A DNA stretch of 64,000 nucleotides, from positions 32,550,001-32,614,000 of the forward strand of contig NC_043016.1 of the NCBI RefSeq assembly GCF_006345805.1. The letters are read 5' to 3'. The DNA comes from Octopus sinensis. Its lineage: Eukaryota. The notes under the pieces were generated by a model. It was given only the letters and a program-made list of their open reading frames with translations. It ran no database searches and had not been told where the DNA came from. Position numbers and translations under genes: made by a program. The stretch's first letter is position 1. Every line of letters starts with the position of its first letter. This document shows, piece by piece, positions 13,386-27,592 of the stretch.

Positions 13386-14231
13386 TACACACATATATGA
13401 AAATAAATATGGAAGTGCATATTGGATAATGTAACTTAAGATAACCTATGTTTAACAAAAAAAAAAAATGACAGGATGTCTGGTCACAGCTGGAAGATCT
13501 TTGATCACAGCATTGACCTGGAGACAAATACATCACCTACATGACAAATCATATGGAAGGTATAAGTTTTCTTGTCTTCTCTTGATAACGCTTCCTTCCC
13601 CCCACCCTCTTTAACCGCAACCACAACCACAACATACATTCTCTCTCTCTCTATCTTTTTCTCCTCCCTCTCTCAAAATATATATGTGTGTGTGTGTGTG
13701 TGTGACTATATTAAGTCTTGTCCTTGTCCTTCCTCTTCTCAGGCAGCACCTGTGTTCATTAAAAAAAAAAAAAAAGAAGCAAAAACAGGAATCTCTGGGT
13801 GATTGCATATGGACATGTTAATAATGCCATATATGCTCTTTGATGCATTTACCTTTTAGCATATGCATTTTAATACAAAGCATGCAGATTGCTATCTGCA
13901 TAAATTCTCATGCATTACTCAACTAAACTGCACATTGATATTGTGATGTCTCCCTCACACACACACACACACACACACAACTCCCTCAGAATTCTAGGTG
14001 TTTCATATTTAATGAGATTAATGGTTCTTGTAGGTTTTCTTTTTTTCTTTTTCTTTTTCCCTTTTATCTCCTGAGACAGTGAATATTAAATCTGGAAGAA
14101 TTAACGATGTAAGTGCCTTTAAGGTGTTGCATGTGAATCCAAAGACATGGTCTTCAGCAACACAAGAATCCAATTATCTTAATAGTAGTAATATATTTGT
14201 GTATGTGTAAATATATATTTATCATCATCAT

Positions 14232-14630
14232 AGGCACAGGAGTGGCTGTGTGGTAAATAGCTTGCTTACCAACCACATGGTTCCGGGTTCAGTCCCACTG
14301 CGTTGCACCTTGGGCAAATGTCTTCTACTATAGCCTCGGGCCGACCAAAGCCTTGTGAGTGGATTTGGTAGACGGAAACTGAAAGAAGCCCGTCGTATAT
14401 ATGTATATATGTGTGTGTGCATGTATGTTTGTGTGTCTGTGTTTGTCCCCCTAGCATTGCTTGACAACCGATGCTGGTGTGTTTATGTCCCCGTCACTTA
14501 ACGGTTCGGCAAAAGAGACCGATAGAATAAGTACTGGGCTTCCAAAGAATAAGTCTCGGGGTCAAGTTGCTCGACTAAAAGTGGTGCTCCAGCATGGCTG
14601 CAGTCAAATGACTGAAACAAGTAAAAGAGA
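14232..14630 (+). mobile_element. SINE family A, full-length copy
   Basis: ggcacaggagtggctgtgtggtaaatagcttgct...ggttccgggttcagtcccactgc...gactgaaacaagtaaaagag. Confidence 0.85.
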
Positions 14631-17394
14631 GAAAGAGATTGACGTCATCATCATTGCCATCGTCATTTAACATCCGGCTTCCATGTAGGCATTGGTTGGA
14701 TAGTCTGACAGAAGCCAGAAGACTTCTCCAGGCTACTGTGTCTATTTTGGCAGGGTTTTATTGGCTGCATGCCCTTCCTAATACTAACCACCCTGCAGAG
14801 TGGACTGAATGCTTTTTATGTGGCACCATCACAGGCGAAGTCAGTTTTGTCATGGTTTTTACAGCTGGGTGCCCTACAAAATGCTAACCACTTCACAGCA
14901 TAGACTTTGTAGCACTAGCATACATACACACACACATGCATATATATATATATATCGTTGCTATAATGCAAAAGAGTTGTAAATCCAAAATGTTGCTTTT
15001 TCAGAAAATGACAAAATAGTTTCACCATTCCATAGCAGAACCATTGTACTACACTTTGACAATTTTTGATATCTTGGCATCCGAAGCAGCTGGAGATACT
15101 AAATAAAGTGATGCATGGCTTAGTGGCCAGGGTGTTGCATTCATGATCATAAGATTGTGGTTTCAATTTCTGGCCCAAGCAATGCGTTGTGTTCATGAGC
15201 AAAACACATCATTTCATGTTGTTCCAATCCATTCAGCTGGCAAAAACAAGTAAATCCTGTGGCAAGCCAGCATCCTATCCAGAGCAAAGAATAAGTACAG
15301 CACAGAATCCAAGAAACCGACCTCAGGAGCCTATTGCTCACAAAGGGCCTTTATCCTTTTCTTCACACACACACACATACACACATGTATATATGTTTGT
15401 GTGTTGTGTGTGAGAGCATATGTGTGAGTCTCTATGTATGTATGTGAATATGTATCTGACCACTGAATACTAAAAGTCAGCTTAAGAAATTCACATTAGT
15501 AGCCAACCATGAACAACAGATCAGAGATACAACCAAATAGAAGACCAATCCCATTTAAATGCAAGCTAGTACCATCTACTACCAGTCTGACATGCACACT
15601 CTTGCAGCACACACCATGGGTCTATCAGCCAGTACTAATTTCAAACCACAATGAAAAGAGGAGATGGCTTTGAAGTTAACGATTTTAAACTAACAAATTC
15701 AACACCTGTATATCACGTGAGGAAACACAACTAGATCTCATTATGCAAAAAAAAAAAAAACAGTTGCATAATCAAATACCTGAGGTTCTTGAAGAACTAT
15801 GTTGTGTCAAAACAATTGCAGCAAATAATAAATAAATGTCAAACCAAACTCCTTCTTCTTGACTCCAATTTCTTCAATTTTATATTCACACATGACAAAT
15901 GCCCAAACTTGGAAGTATATAATATACTGATAGTACAGGACAATTCTGAAGGTGGACGAGCTTTATACTGTACTCTATCACGTTTCCAACAATATATAAT
16001 TGTATGTATATTTATATAAGCTGTTACTTGCAAATTAGTCTGGCTAGGTAACATGTGCTATGCTATCTCCTAATTGTTTTAGGGGACTGTGTAGTCATGA
16101 GCAGACATAGATTCTGTCTCATCCTCTTCACTCATCAGAACATCTTGGATGTAAGAGCTGAAGGTCAAGAGGAATGCAACAGTACTCAGCTGGTACTCAT
16201 TTCAGCTGTGTAAGACTGGAATAATGAAGAAATCAAGTGCTTTCTCAAAGACACAATGTGTTGCTCACACCAGGAACTGAACCTGTGACCCTATGGCCAT
16301 GATCCCATCACACTAACTACTAAGCCATACACTTTCACAATGAACACACACTATTCTTTTATTAGTTAAGTCATGAAGCATGACCATGAGTATAGGAAAT
16401 GACCCTCAAAAGTTATATTTAGTCAACTACCCCAAAATTTTGTCTACTCCTTGTTTTCTCCGCCTCATATTGTAGAGCAGTAAAATCGCCCTGGGTGTGC
16501 ATGAAAGGCCTGAAATTTTGTGGGAGGGAACTAGTCCATTACAGTGACCTCCCAATGTTTCACTGGTACTTAATTTATTGACCCTGAAAGGATGAAAGGC
16601 AAAGTTGACCTCAGAGGAATCTAAACTCAAAACATAAATATGGATAAAATGCTGCTAAGCATTTCGCCCAGATTGCTAATGATTCTGCCAGCTCACCACC
16701 TTGATGATGATGATGATGATAATAATAATAATAATTTTTCAGATAGGTACAATACTTTTGTATTTGTGGCAGAATTATAATCTATTATATTGAGCCATCA
16801 ACTCAGGAAGGACAAAAGGCAAATACACACACACACACAGTACGGCTAATATGTATTGATATATTTCTTGCTTGATATGGTTGACTGATTCCTCATACTT
16901 CTATAGCAAAATTGATCAGGGGACTAAATATTCACAATAAAAAACAAGTTTGCTATTGCTACAAACAGTGTGGGTATATCCAGTTTACAGTCAGCTTACA
17001 ACATGGACAGATGTTTCAACAAAACTAAATACATCATCATCATCATCATCATCTTTCTAACATCCACTTTTCCATGCATGGGTCTGATAGAATTCACTGA
17101 GATACATTTTTCTATGGCTGGATGCCTTTCCTGTTGCCAACTCTCACCTGCTTCCAAACAAGGTTAATATTTTCTCCATAATCAGACATGTTTGCATGGA
17201 AGACAGGAAATGAATGATACAGCTTGTAAGACAGTATCGTTTGCTTACAACCACCATGCGTAATCAGGGCAAGGAGACACAAACACACATACACATACAT
17301 AGAACCATCTTTATACGGCCATATGCATGGTTTATGTATGTACGTATCCGAAATCTGTCTGACTGATGAAGTATGGAAAAATGGATGACAATCA

Positions 17395-18030
17395 TCATCA
17401 TCATCATCATCATCATCATTTAGCATGTTTTCCAGGCTGGCATGGGTTGGATGGCTTCATAGGAACTTGTAAGGCTAGGAGCTGCATCAGGCTACCATAG
17501 TCTGTTTTAGCTTAGTTTTTACAGCTAGTTGTCCTTCGTAATGCCAACCACACCACAGAGGGTACTGGATGCTTTTTAAGTGGCACCATTACCAGTGCTT
17601 TTTAAGTGGCACCATTACCAGTGCTTTTTAAGTGGCACCATTACCAGTGCTTTTTAAGTGGCACCATTACCAGTGCTTTTTAAGTGGCACCATTACCAGT
17701 GCTTTTTAAGTGGCACCATTACCAGTGCTTTTTAAGTGGCACCATTACCAGTGCTTTTTAAGTGGCACACCATTACCAGTGCTTTTTAAGTGGCACCATT
17801 ACCAGTGCTTTTTAAGTGGCACCATTACCAGTGCTTTTTAAGTGGCACCATTACCAGTGCTTTTTAGTGACACCATTACCAGTGCTTTTTAAGTGGCACC
17901 ATTACCAGTGCTTTTTAAGTGGCACCATTACCAGTGCTTTTTAAGTGGCACCATTACCAGTGCTTTTTAAGTGGCACCATTACCAGTGCTTTTTAGTGAC
18001 ACCAGGACCAGTGCATTTTACGTGCCACCT
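17395..18030 (-). repeat. Diverged RTE 3' UTR copy containing a 26-bp minisatellite (17571-18005, about 16-17 units)
   Basis: Unit gctttttaagtggcaccattaccagt. Flanked by a (cat)n tail and the ...aatgccaaccac... UTR sequence, and by cattttacgtgccacc on the other side. Confidence 0.85.
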
Positions 18031-18161
18031 TGGTTTTAGGATCTCAGTTCTGTTATAGTGGGTGAGTCTTCTCATGTACAGTAATGATGATGATATTGAA
18101 TATAAACAAAGGAAAGAATTGGTCATAAATATTAGAAAAAATAGAAAATGCTGGCACTTAC

Positions 18162-18222
18162 TTGCATTCTCCTGGTACCTCACAAGATCCTTGTGTGGGA
18201 TGACAACCAGCAAGACATATTG
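18162..18222 (-). CDS. Jag1-like: Jagged/Serrate-type Notch ligand, 61-nt exon (start of EGF1/DOS)
   Basis: tctttttcAG|CA ATA TGT CTT GCT GGT TGT CAT CCC ACA CAA GGA TCT TGT GAG GTA CCA GGA GAA TGC AA|GTaagt encodes (A)ICLAGCHPTQGSCEVPGEC(K/N). The phase matches the DSL exon, and the exon corresponds to the 61-nt JAG1 exon 5 ([21 protein letters not shown]). Confidence 0.92.
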
Positions 18223-18372
18223 CTGAAAAAGATTTAAAATACATATATATATAGATAGATAGATAAATATATAAATATAGTGATGGTATTATTAAAATAC
18301 CATCACAAGTGGTAAGTGAATTATTAGCCATACAGGCAAATTCTTAAAACATATATATATATATATACAATA

Positions 18373-18688
18373 TTTCTTTACTTCTTTATCTTCTTTATCC
18401 CCGTCTGCCTTGATAGACAATGGGTTGCGCCAAGGGTGGGGCCTACTTTGGTGATATGCAGCGTCTGCTGTGACTGAACAGTCCAATTCTAGAGTGGCAG
18501 TCCTTGGTACAGTTGCTGCACACGAACATCGATGGGTACATGTGGGGTGTTGCTGCAGTTGTCCTCCTCCTGTCCCGCCTGTCCAACCACAGCTGTGCTC
18601 TCCTCTCCTCAGCCATGGAAACGCCTTTCCTCACCGTCCGACGCCAGGCAGAGCGGTCAGCAGCTGTTTCCTCCACGTGTCCAATATT
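18373..18688 (-). mobile_element. 3' end of an RTE/BovB-like LINE
   Basis: ORF track 18443-18676: EETAADRSAWRRTVRKG...FVCSNCTKDCHSRIGLFSHSRRC, the typical RTE C-terminal Zn-finger-like motif, followed by a short UTR and a (aagataaag/aagtaaag)-type tail. Confidence 0.8.
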
Positions 18689-18984
18689 AGATATGTATAT
18701 ATATACATAAGGGTACTAAATGAGTACCTATATCGCTCATGATAGAAGTAAAAAAATATATATAGATAGATATACATATTTATATTTATTTACATATACA
18801 TAGGTGTGTGAGTGTGAGACAAAGAGAGAGAGAGAGAAAGTAATAATTTAACAAACATGGATTAAATTAGCAATGAACTGAAAAATAAATGCAATCGTTG
18901 ATATGATTGACTTCAAGGTGGAGCCAACATGACTGCAGGTCACTGCTTGAAACCTATGAGAGAGCACACACTCACACACACAAT

Positions 18985-19200
18985 CATCATCATCACCATC
19001 ATCATTTAATGTCCGTTTTCCGTGCTAGCATGGGTTGGATGGTTCAACTGGGACCTGGGAAGCCAGGAGGCTGCACCAGGCTTCAGTCTGATCTGGCAGT
19101 GTTTCAACAGCTGGATGCCCTTCCTAACGCCAACCACTCTGTGAGTGTATGGCATTAAGGAAGGGCATCCAGCTGTAGAAACACTGCCAGATCAGACACA
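18985..19200 (-). mobile_element. 5'-truncated RTE 3' UTR copy; others at about 10740-11000, 14640-14830, 24450-24745, 52878-53185
   Basis: (cat)n-ttaatgtccgttttccgtgctagcatgggttgg...gatgcccttcctaacgccaaccac is the reverse complement of the RTE tail at 56300-56493. Confidence 0.85.
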
Positions 19201-19609
19201 TAAATGTTAAAAGGTTTGGAAGGTCACTGTGAAGTGTTCAGTTTTCCAATTCCAATAATAGATATTTACCCTACAAATGTGTTAAATTCCTTCTTACTTG
19301 GAGCTGGTACTATCAAGTGCATCCAAATTACACACGCACGACAAATGCAAACATCAGTTACATTAATGGTGATACTATGAAAACATTCTACAACCAAAGC
19401 TTTGTGAGTGGATTTGGTAGATGGAAACTGAAAGAAGCCCATCATATATTTGTGTGTGTGTGTTCCAACCATCACTTGGCAAAAGAGACTGATAGAATAA
19501 GTACTTGGCTTACAAAGATTAATTCCTGGGGTCAATTTGTTCAACTAAAGGTGAGCTCCAGCAATGACCACACAAAAAATGACTGAAGCAAGTAAAAGAA
19601 TAAAAGATA

Positions 19610-20497
19610 TATATATATAAATTAACAATTGAGGATAAAATCTTTAAAAGAATTATCAGTAGTTAGCGTGAAAAACCTCGTAAGAGAAAAAATCCGTAAT
19701 TTTTCCACTTTGAAAATATTATTTATATTATATTGAGGGTACTACTATTTGTAGATACCACACGCAAGAGGGACCAATTCGGTCATAACTACTAAAATAA
19801 ACAAAATTTAACGAATGCAAAACTTCAAAGCAAGTCATTTAAAAAAAGAATTTAGTTACATATCACCTGTGGTTTCGCAATTAATGCAGAATATCCATTC
19901 CATGTTCATCAGTGCAACAAACTCAAGACATATAAGAAAAAACATAACGTTACAAACTCGATAGCCAACCGTAGAATTCGTCGTAGCTTGTACGAATGTT
20001 TATCTTTACATATCTATGAAAATGGCGGGCTTATTCGCAATGCATTTCGGTAACAAATTGCTTACTCGGAATAAAAGTTCAGTATTGAACTATTTCGGTG
20101 AAAAATATAAATTAACAATTGAGGATAAAATCTTTAAAAGAAATTATCAGTAGTTAGCGTGAAAAACCTCGTAAGGGAAACAAATATATATATATATATA
20201 TATATTTACAATTGAGGATAAAATCTTTAAAAGAAATTATCGTAAATTTTTCCACTTTGAAAATATTTATTTATATTATATTGAGGGTACTACTATTCGT
20301 AGATACCACATGCTAAGAGGGACCAATTCAGTCATAACTACTAAAATAAACAAAATTTTACCGAATGCAAAACTTTTTTAAATGACTTGCTTGAAGTTTT
20401 GCATTCGGTAAAATTTTGTTTATTTTAGTAGTTATGACCGAATTGGTCCCTCTTAGCGTATGGTATCTACGAATGTAGTACCCTCAATATAATATAT
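19610..20497. repeat. Penelope-type rearranged remnant: direct duplications plus a ~100-bp-arm hairpin (20273-20375 / 20394-20495)
   Basis: aattaacaattgaggataaaatc... and ttgagggtactact... each occur twice in direct orientation, and the second block is followed by its reverse complement. Confidence 0.85.
19855..19918 (-). ncRNA. Degenerate hammerhead ribozyme motif
   Basis: gttgca-CTGATGA-...-GAAAC-cacaggtg-ATA-tgtaac. It has a 6-bp stem I, but stems II and III are mismatched. Confidence 0.4.
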
Positions 20498-22035
20498 ATA
20501 TATATATATTATTTTGAATGCATGTGTATTTATATGTTTGTGTATAAATCTTTAAATCTTTAAAATGTTTCAATTTCAGAGCTGCGGTCATGCTGGAGCA
20601 TGAATATATATATAGATTATATATATGAATGTATTTATAAATACATACATACAAACATTGCTAAATGATTTATTGATGCAAAATGAAAATATTGAGTCCC
20701 AGGTGCAAAAAAGAAGATGGAAATTTATTAGTATAGAGGATGGTAGGATAAATATATGCAGATAAACATAATCCTGTTTATCTGCTCACAGTTAAACACA
20801 CACACACACACGAATGAGGTGAGAGAGAGAGAGAGAGAGATATTGAATAATATATATATAGAGAGAGTGGAAGAGACCACCACTAACTTCACTCAGAGAT
20901 CCACCCCCCTATCCCCCACCTCCACCACAACTCTGCAATCATCATCACAGACCAAAAAGGGGAAAATGGGATATACATAGAAAGAGACTTCAAGGAGAGG
21001 TAGGATAAAGATATGACTGAAGGGGCCACATCTACACTGTCAAGTTATTGGTTAGACACTTGATATCCTAGTTTCCACAGAATAAAATGTATTTGTAAAT
21101 ATAAGTGTGTGTGTGTGTGTGTGCATGTATGTACGTATTTGTGTGTGTATAAATATATATATATAGAGATGTATACATACATGCATACACAAACACTGCT
21201 TCTAGAAGAAACAACTCAATACATGTGTGAATATGTGTGTACACACATGCATACATACATGCACACATGCATGCATGCACACATACATTCATGCATGCAT
21301 GCATACATACACACATATATACATACATACATACATACATACATACATACATACATACATACATACATACATACATACATACATACATACATAAATACAT
21401 ACATACATACATATTGAAACAGACAGTAAAATTACGTAAGTCAGGGTCAGAAAGTTTCAGATATGGCACATATCAAGTTTGGTAAGTGCCACGCACAAAA
21501 CTTTTCAGACACCTTCAAAACTTTCCAACCTTAAAAAGTGTGTCAGTTTTGAAGAATGTCTTACTCCTTGAAATTATCTCCCTTACTTGTTTGAATTTCA
21601 AAAATTAGGCACATCAGAAAATCTCAGATTTTCTAAGTTTTCCCACCTTTTCAAACATGAACTATTCCTAGACATTAAGAATTTCTGAAAAATCTAAATA
21701 AAAAGCATTGGTATCCTTAAATTAAGCATAACAAACTTTCCAAGATATTCAATAGTTTAAATAAAGAATTGCTCAAATTTGCTCAATGGTAACAAAATTC
21801 TACGATATCTGTTCTAAAGCATTAATTAGGAAGCTAAGACTGTGGTAGATAAGCTCAATATCAATAATCTGCCATTATTAACTAAATACCAAACATCAAT
21901 TTGTAACTATCAAAAATCTTGAGGAGGATTTTCATTCTAAATCTAAAAGTAGGCTGACACTGCTAAATCTGAAATCAATCTAGTAAGAAAAGAAAAAAAA
22001 AAGAAGATAGAGTAAGTTTGATATATATATATATA

Positions 22036-22201
22036 GGCATAGGGGTGGCTGCGTTGTTGTATGTAGCTTGCTTACGAACCACATATTTCCAGGTTCAGTC
22101 CCACTGCATAGCACCTTGGGCAAGTATTTTCTACTTTAACCTCAGGCCAAGCAAAGCCTTGTGAGTGGATTTGGTAGATGGAAACTGAAAGATGCCCATC
22201 G

Positions 22202-22236
<35 letters not shown>

Positions 22237-22447
22237 ATATGTTTGCCCCCCCTCCCCCAACATCACTTGGCACACTGATGCTAGTCTTTACATCCCCGTA
22301 ACTTAGCTGTTCGGCAAAAGAGACCAATAGAATAAGTACTAGGCTTACAAAGAATAAGTCCTGGGGTCGATTTTCTCGACTAAAGGTGGTGCTCCAGCTT
22401 GGCCACAGTCAAATGACTGCAACAAGTAAAAGAGTAAAGAGTAAAGA
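22036..22447 (+). mobile_element. SINE family A copy
   Basis: Same architecture, with a (gtaaaga)n tail. Confidence 0.85.
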
Positions 22448-25400
22448 GTATATATAATATTAGCACAGCTACAAATCTCCAGTAATGGAACAATAGTAAC
22501 ACTGAATTTGCCTTTTTAATGATATTGGTTTCAAATTTCAGCACAGGGCCAGCAGTCTTGGAGGAGGAGCCAAATTGAATATATCAACCCTAGTGCTCAA
22601 CTGGTAATTATTTTATTGAACCCCAAAAGGATTACAGGCAAAGTCAGCCTTGGTGGAATTTGAACCCAGAATTTAAAGATGGCTGAAATACCACTAACTA
22701 TTTTACTTGGTGTGCTAAAGGTTCTTCCAGCTTGCCGCCTTCCTGTTTAAGAACAAAGTGTAGTACCAAATTTACTTAATTTGACATGAGTGGGTTTTCA
22801 TCTCTCTACCTCTAAATCCTTATTATAGATTTTTCCCAAGTTATACATTATAACGAAGATATAGAAATAATATTGCCTGTTAGGAAAACAATATTCTATG
22901 ACAAAGTTTCTGCTTTGGTTAAGAAATATGACTTAGCCAGGTCTTTCAATGTAAGCATGAGTTTGTTGGACAGTTCCAAGGTGTGTTATTGAGATGTACA
23001 AACCTTGTTGGTTTATACATCTCAGATTGATATTGGAAAAGATCCACTTTAGAATATTTTGGCCTATATCATAATAAAGAGTTAGCCATTTCCAACAATG
23101 CTAACAGACACACATTAAATAAACTAAGGGAAAAACAAGATCTAAATCTTCGGTACTTTAGAACAACTATGGCAGCGATAAAATTAACTGTAGCTGATTT
23201 TTCAAGACATCATTCCTAACCTTAGCAACAGCCTATACAACCTTTACAAGCACTTAATCAGAAGCTTGTTGACAGCAATACAAGATCATGTCATTCACCT
23301 ATTGTAGTCAAGAACCATGTCAGTAAGTAGAAGAGTGTTGATATGGTAATGCCATATTCTTGTTATGAAGACTTGGAGTCAGAGAATTTAAAAACAAGTT
23401 AAATTTGGATTAATAATACACCAAGCTCTGACCCAAATATTGTTCCTAATTTAGACACAAGGTCTGCAGTTTTGAGGGGTAGTGGTTGGTTGATTACATT
23501 GGTTCCAGTTCTTGACTGAAACTTTATTTCTTCAACACTGAAGAGTTGAAAGGAAAAGCTGACCTTAAAGGTAGAATATTTTGGCCGGATATGGCCGGTT
23601 TAACACTAAAGGGTTAACAAGATATTAACTTAGAATGATAAAAAGCCTTAGTATGATATATCTATATAATATATATATATATATATATATACACATACAC
23701 ACACATACACACACAAAGCAAAATCTCCTGAAGAAGCATTAATACAGAAGCATTAATACTTTCCAGCCAAGTGAAACCTGCAAAGTTAAATGCATTATTT
23801 GTCCATTAAGCAGACATTTAATATTTAAGCTCCAATTAAGGCAATACTATTGAGTGATATACAGGGAAGACTGAGGGAGAATTTAAGATACATTATTATT
23901 TCCAGCTAACTAGTTTCAAAATTATTGAAAGATATAACTTAGATTAAGCTTTCCTATTATATCTGATATATTTGAAAGACAGAGCTCTCAATTACAGTGT
24001 CAGAAGAAAATCCTTGAATGATTCAAGCCATATAGGAAGGGCATCAAGAAATGTGATTTATGTACAGCTTAAAAGAGTCCGATAGTAAAACATTCACGAG
24101 GTCATGTAACTTAGCGGTTAAGATATTGCATTCATGATTGTGATTCCAAGACCAGCTAGTTCCTTGCTGCTTGCAATCATGTCAATGTCTGATGTGTGGC
24201 ACACTGTGCATCTGTCAGGCAAAGCTGATTTCTTGTAGAGGGTAAGCTCATGCAAAGCACAAACGCTATAAGCAAATCATTGGTGCAGGTTGTTCAGTAA
24301 GAAACTGTGGAATCATCTTTCTCAGACTTAAGAGATTACCAACTATCAAAAAGATACAAGACAACCAAATAATTACCTTAATTCTAAATTCAAAAAGCCA
24401 AAAAAAAAAAAAAAAAAAAAAAACTGTTGGCATAACAACAAATATATTATCCGACTCGTGGCCGATGCCAGCACCGCCTCGACTGGCTTTCGTGCCGGTG
24501 GCACATAAAATACACCAATCCGACCGTGGCTGTTGCCAGCCTCGCCTGGCACCTGTGCAGGTGGCACGTAAAAAGCACCCACTACACTCACGGAGTGGTT
24601 GGCGTTAGGAAGGGCATCCAGCTGTAGAAACATTGCCAGATCAGACTGGAGCCTGGTGCAGCCTTCTGGCTTCCCAGATCCCCGGTCGAACCGTCCAACC
24701 CATGCTAGTATGGAGAACGGACGTTAAACGATGATGATGATGATATTTCAAGGTCTTGATCTGAACTGCTTTGTAGGCATAATGGGCAGATGACTACATT
24801 TTAACATCTGCGCAGCACTGTACCTTAAACTTCAGCTTTAACAAATCGTGCATTCCGGCCATTCCTCATCCCTTGAATACCTTCCAACTTTATTTTCTAA
24901 CTGCACTTTCCCAAATAATACATTCTTACGTATATTTTCTTTTCAAATTTTTTTTAGGTGTTTCCCCACCCGTTTATTTTTTTCCTTTCTTTGTGCCAGA
25001 CCCATCTCTGAGTCTCTCCATCTAGCTTCTCTCTGTGCACAAACCAATCAACCCACTTATTTTAGCTACCACCCTATCTATCAGTCTATCTATCTATCTG
25101 TCTGTCTGTCTGTCTATCTATCTGTCTGTCTGTCTGTCTCTCTATCTCTCTATCTGTTATCTCTCTCTCTCTCAGTCTATCTAATCTATCTATTTAGCTA
25201 TCTATCTATCTATCTACCTACCTACCTACCTATGTACTTACCTAACTACCTACCTACCTACCTACCTATCTAAACCTCTATCTCTCTACATCTGCATTTG
25301 CATACGAACATACATGAGTGTGAGTGTTCAAGCACATGTGCATATATGTGCATATAAATGTACATACATAAGTAATTATATGTACATACATAAGTGTATG

Positions 25401-26694
25401 TATTTGTATACATATGTACACACACATACATGCTTCCAACCTGCCAGCCCACACTCACACACACACTCTCTTTCTCTCTCTCTCTCTCTTTTGTGTTCTC
25501 TACCTTCTGTGTTTTATCTCTCTTTATGTCTCTCTGTCTGTCCCTCTCTCTCTCTCTCTCTCTCTCTTTCCCTCCCAGCCTTGCTCTGTTACAACAAAAT
25601 GTTTCATATTACTTGTCTGTTAAAACATCATCATCATCATCATCGTCGTCATCATTAACAGAACATCGAAGCAATTCCGTCTATAGCAACAGCAGCATTT
25701 AATAGAAGCTGGAAATATTGATTGCACATCAATAGAGTTAACAATAGATATCGGCTGTACAAAGCCATATTCATAAGATGCCACCATGGAAATCTACATT
25801 ACGCTCAATCTGAGTCAATGGAAAAATCTCATCACAGCCGCTAAATGCACTAGAAATAGAAACCAAATCTCTCCCAAATTTGTCATGATAAAAAAAAAAA
25901 TAATAAGAGGGCTGAAGGGACTGGTATACATTGGACAATGTACTGTATTTTAGCATGTGTAAGGAACCCCCTAATTTGGGGGCTTAAAATTTGGAAAAGA
26001 GGGTTTTGTAAGGGATTATAATATTAACACATGCATAAAGGCGGTGCTCCAGCATGGCCGCAGTCAAATGACTGAAAGTAAAAGAGTAAAAGAGAGAGAT
26101 AAGAAACTCCCATATTTTTTAAACCTAATTTTTGACACAAAAATGGTTCCTTATACATGTTAAAATATGGTAATTCTGGATTCACTGGGTTGGGAAAAGA
26201 AACAGGGTGGTCATAGGTGGAATGCTTTTGATTATTTGTCTGCTGGGCTGAGGACTACCTGGGGCTAAACAACAAATTACAGGGTGACACAGACAAACAT
26301 GGAGGCTGTCATAGAAGTAGAGGTTTGTAGTATAAATATCTAAGTGGAATGGAAAGAGAGGACAATTTTTTTTTGTTTTTTTAAATACTATTTCATGACA
26401 TTTTTTTTTTGTTTATGCTTGCTGACTTGGAATTGTTATGGAATTCTTTTGGAACAATTATTTTTACACCTGGATTCATATTCTGATGCTAAGTTGTCAA
26501 CTGTGGAGTAAAGAGTAGAAACATTTTCCCTTTAGGTAGAAAAAATGGTAATGGCATCAACAGAATTAGACATATTGCTTAGGAACACACCAAGAAAACA
26601 AAAATCTCTCTTGAGATGGATGTATATAGTAACAGAACTCTTATCCAGCTTCCAAAAATTTGCAAATACTGTGCAAGACTGTATTAATATATAT

Positions 26695-26727
<33 letters not shown>

Positions 26728-26761
26728 ATATATATATTATTTACACACATAACATTATATA

Positions 26762-27132
26762 TAGGTGTAGGAGTGGCTGTGTTGTAAGTAGCTTGCTTAC
26801 CAGCAACATGGTTCCGAGTTCAGTCCCACTGCGTGGCACCTTGGGCAAGTGCCTTCTACTATAGCCTTGGGCCAACCAAAGCCCTGTGAGTGGATTTGGT
26901 AGATAGAAGCTGAAAGAAGTCCGTCAGATATATATATGTTTGTGTGTCTGTGTTTGTCCCCCACAACATCGCTTGACAACTTACGTCTCCGTAACTTAGC
27001 AGTTCGGCAAAAAAGACCAACAGAATAAGTACTAGGCTTACAAAGAATAAGTCCTGGGGTCAATTTGCTCGACTAAAGGCGGTACTCCAACATGGCCACA
27101 GTCAAATGACTGAAACAAATAAAAGACTAAAA

Positions 27133-27135
<3 letters not shown>
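26762..27135 (+). mobile_element. SINE family A copy
   Basis: Same architecture. Confidence 0.85.
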
Positions 27136-27165
<30 letters not shown>

Positions 27166-27450
27166 GTAGAGGCCATTATTGATTTTGCAAGGTAAAGAAT
27201 GGCTGTAAGAAGGATCGAGTTAAGTGCAAATAAAAGCAATTATGTGGAATTGATGCCCTGTAAAGGCCTCGGAGTCTAAATTTGAATATTTTGAATATTA
27301 CTAAGTGTCTTCTATACTGAGAATCTCCAGATCTAATCTGTAGACTATTATATATATATAATAATAATTCGAGACAAAACCACTATTTTAAAACCAAACA
27401 AGGAAAGACTTAATCAATACATAAAATTTTAATATAAATTAAATAAACCG

Positions 27451-27493
27451 CCACTACAAATGTTTCATGTCTGCTCCGACAATCTTCAGGTGG
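27451..27493 (-). ncRNA. Minimal type I hammerhead ribozyme (left arm of palindrome)
   Basis: ccac-CTGAAGA-ttgtc-ggagca-gacat-GAAAC-attt-GTA-gtgg. Confidence 0.65.
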
Positions 27494-27548
27494 ATTTTCG
27501 ATCTTCTAATCAGTATCAAATTTTGATACTGATTAGAAGATCGAAAAT

Positions 27549-27592
27549 CCACCTGAAGATTGTCGGTAGCAGACATGAAACATTTGTAGTGG
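27549..27592 (+). ncRNA. Minimal type I hammerhead ribozyme (right arm of palindrome)
   Basis: ccac-CTGAAGA-ttgtc-ggtagca-gacat-GAAAC-attt-GTA-gtgg. Confidence 0.65.

Noticed and set aside
13046-13536. [12 protein letters not shown] ORFs here and throughout the window
   Set aside because: They are translations of (TA)n, (TG)n and (CA)n microsatellites.
17345-17380. ccgaaatctgtctgactgatgaag as a permuted hammerhead
   Set aside because: No room for stem I and no consistent stem II or III pairing.
25771-25956. Short non-repetitive ORFs (also 29088-29279, 15789-16054)
   Set aside because: No recognisable domain or compatible splice sites; treated as intronic background.
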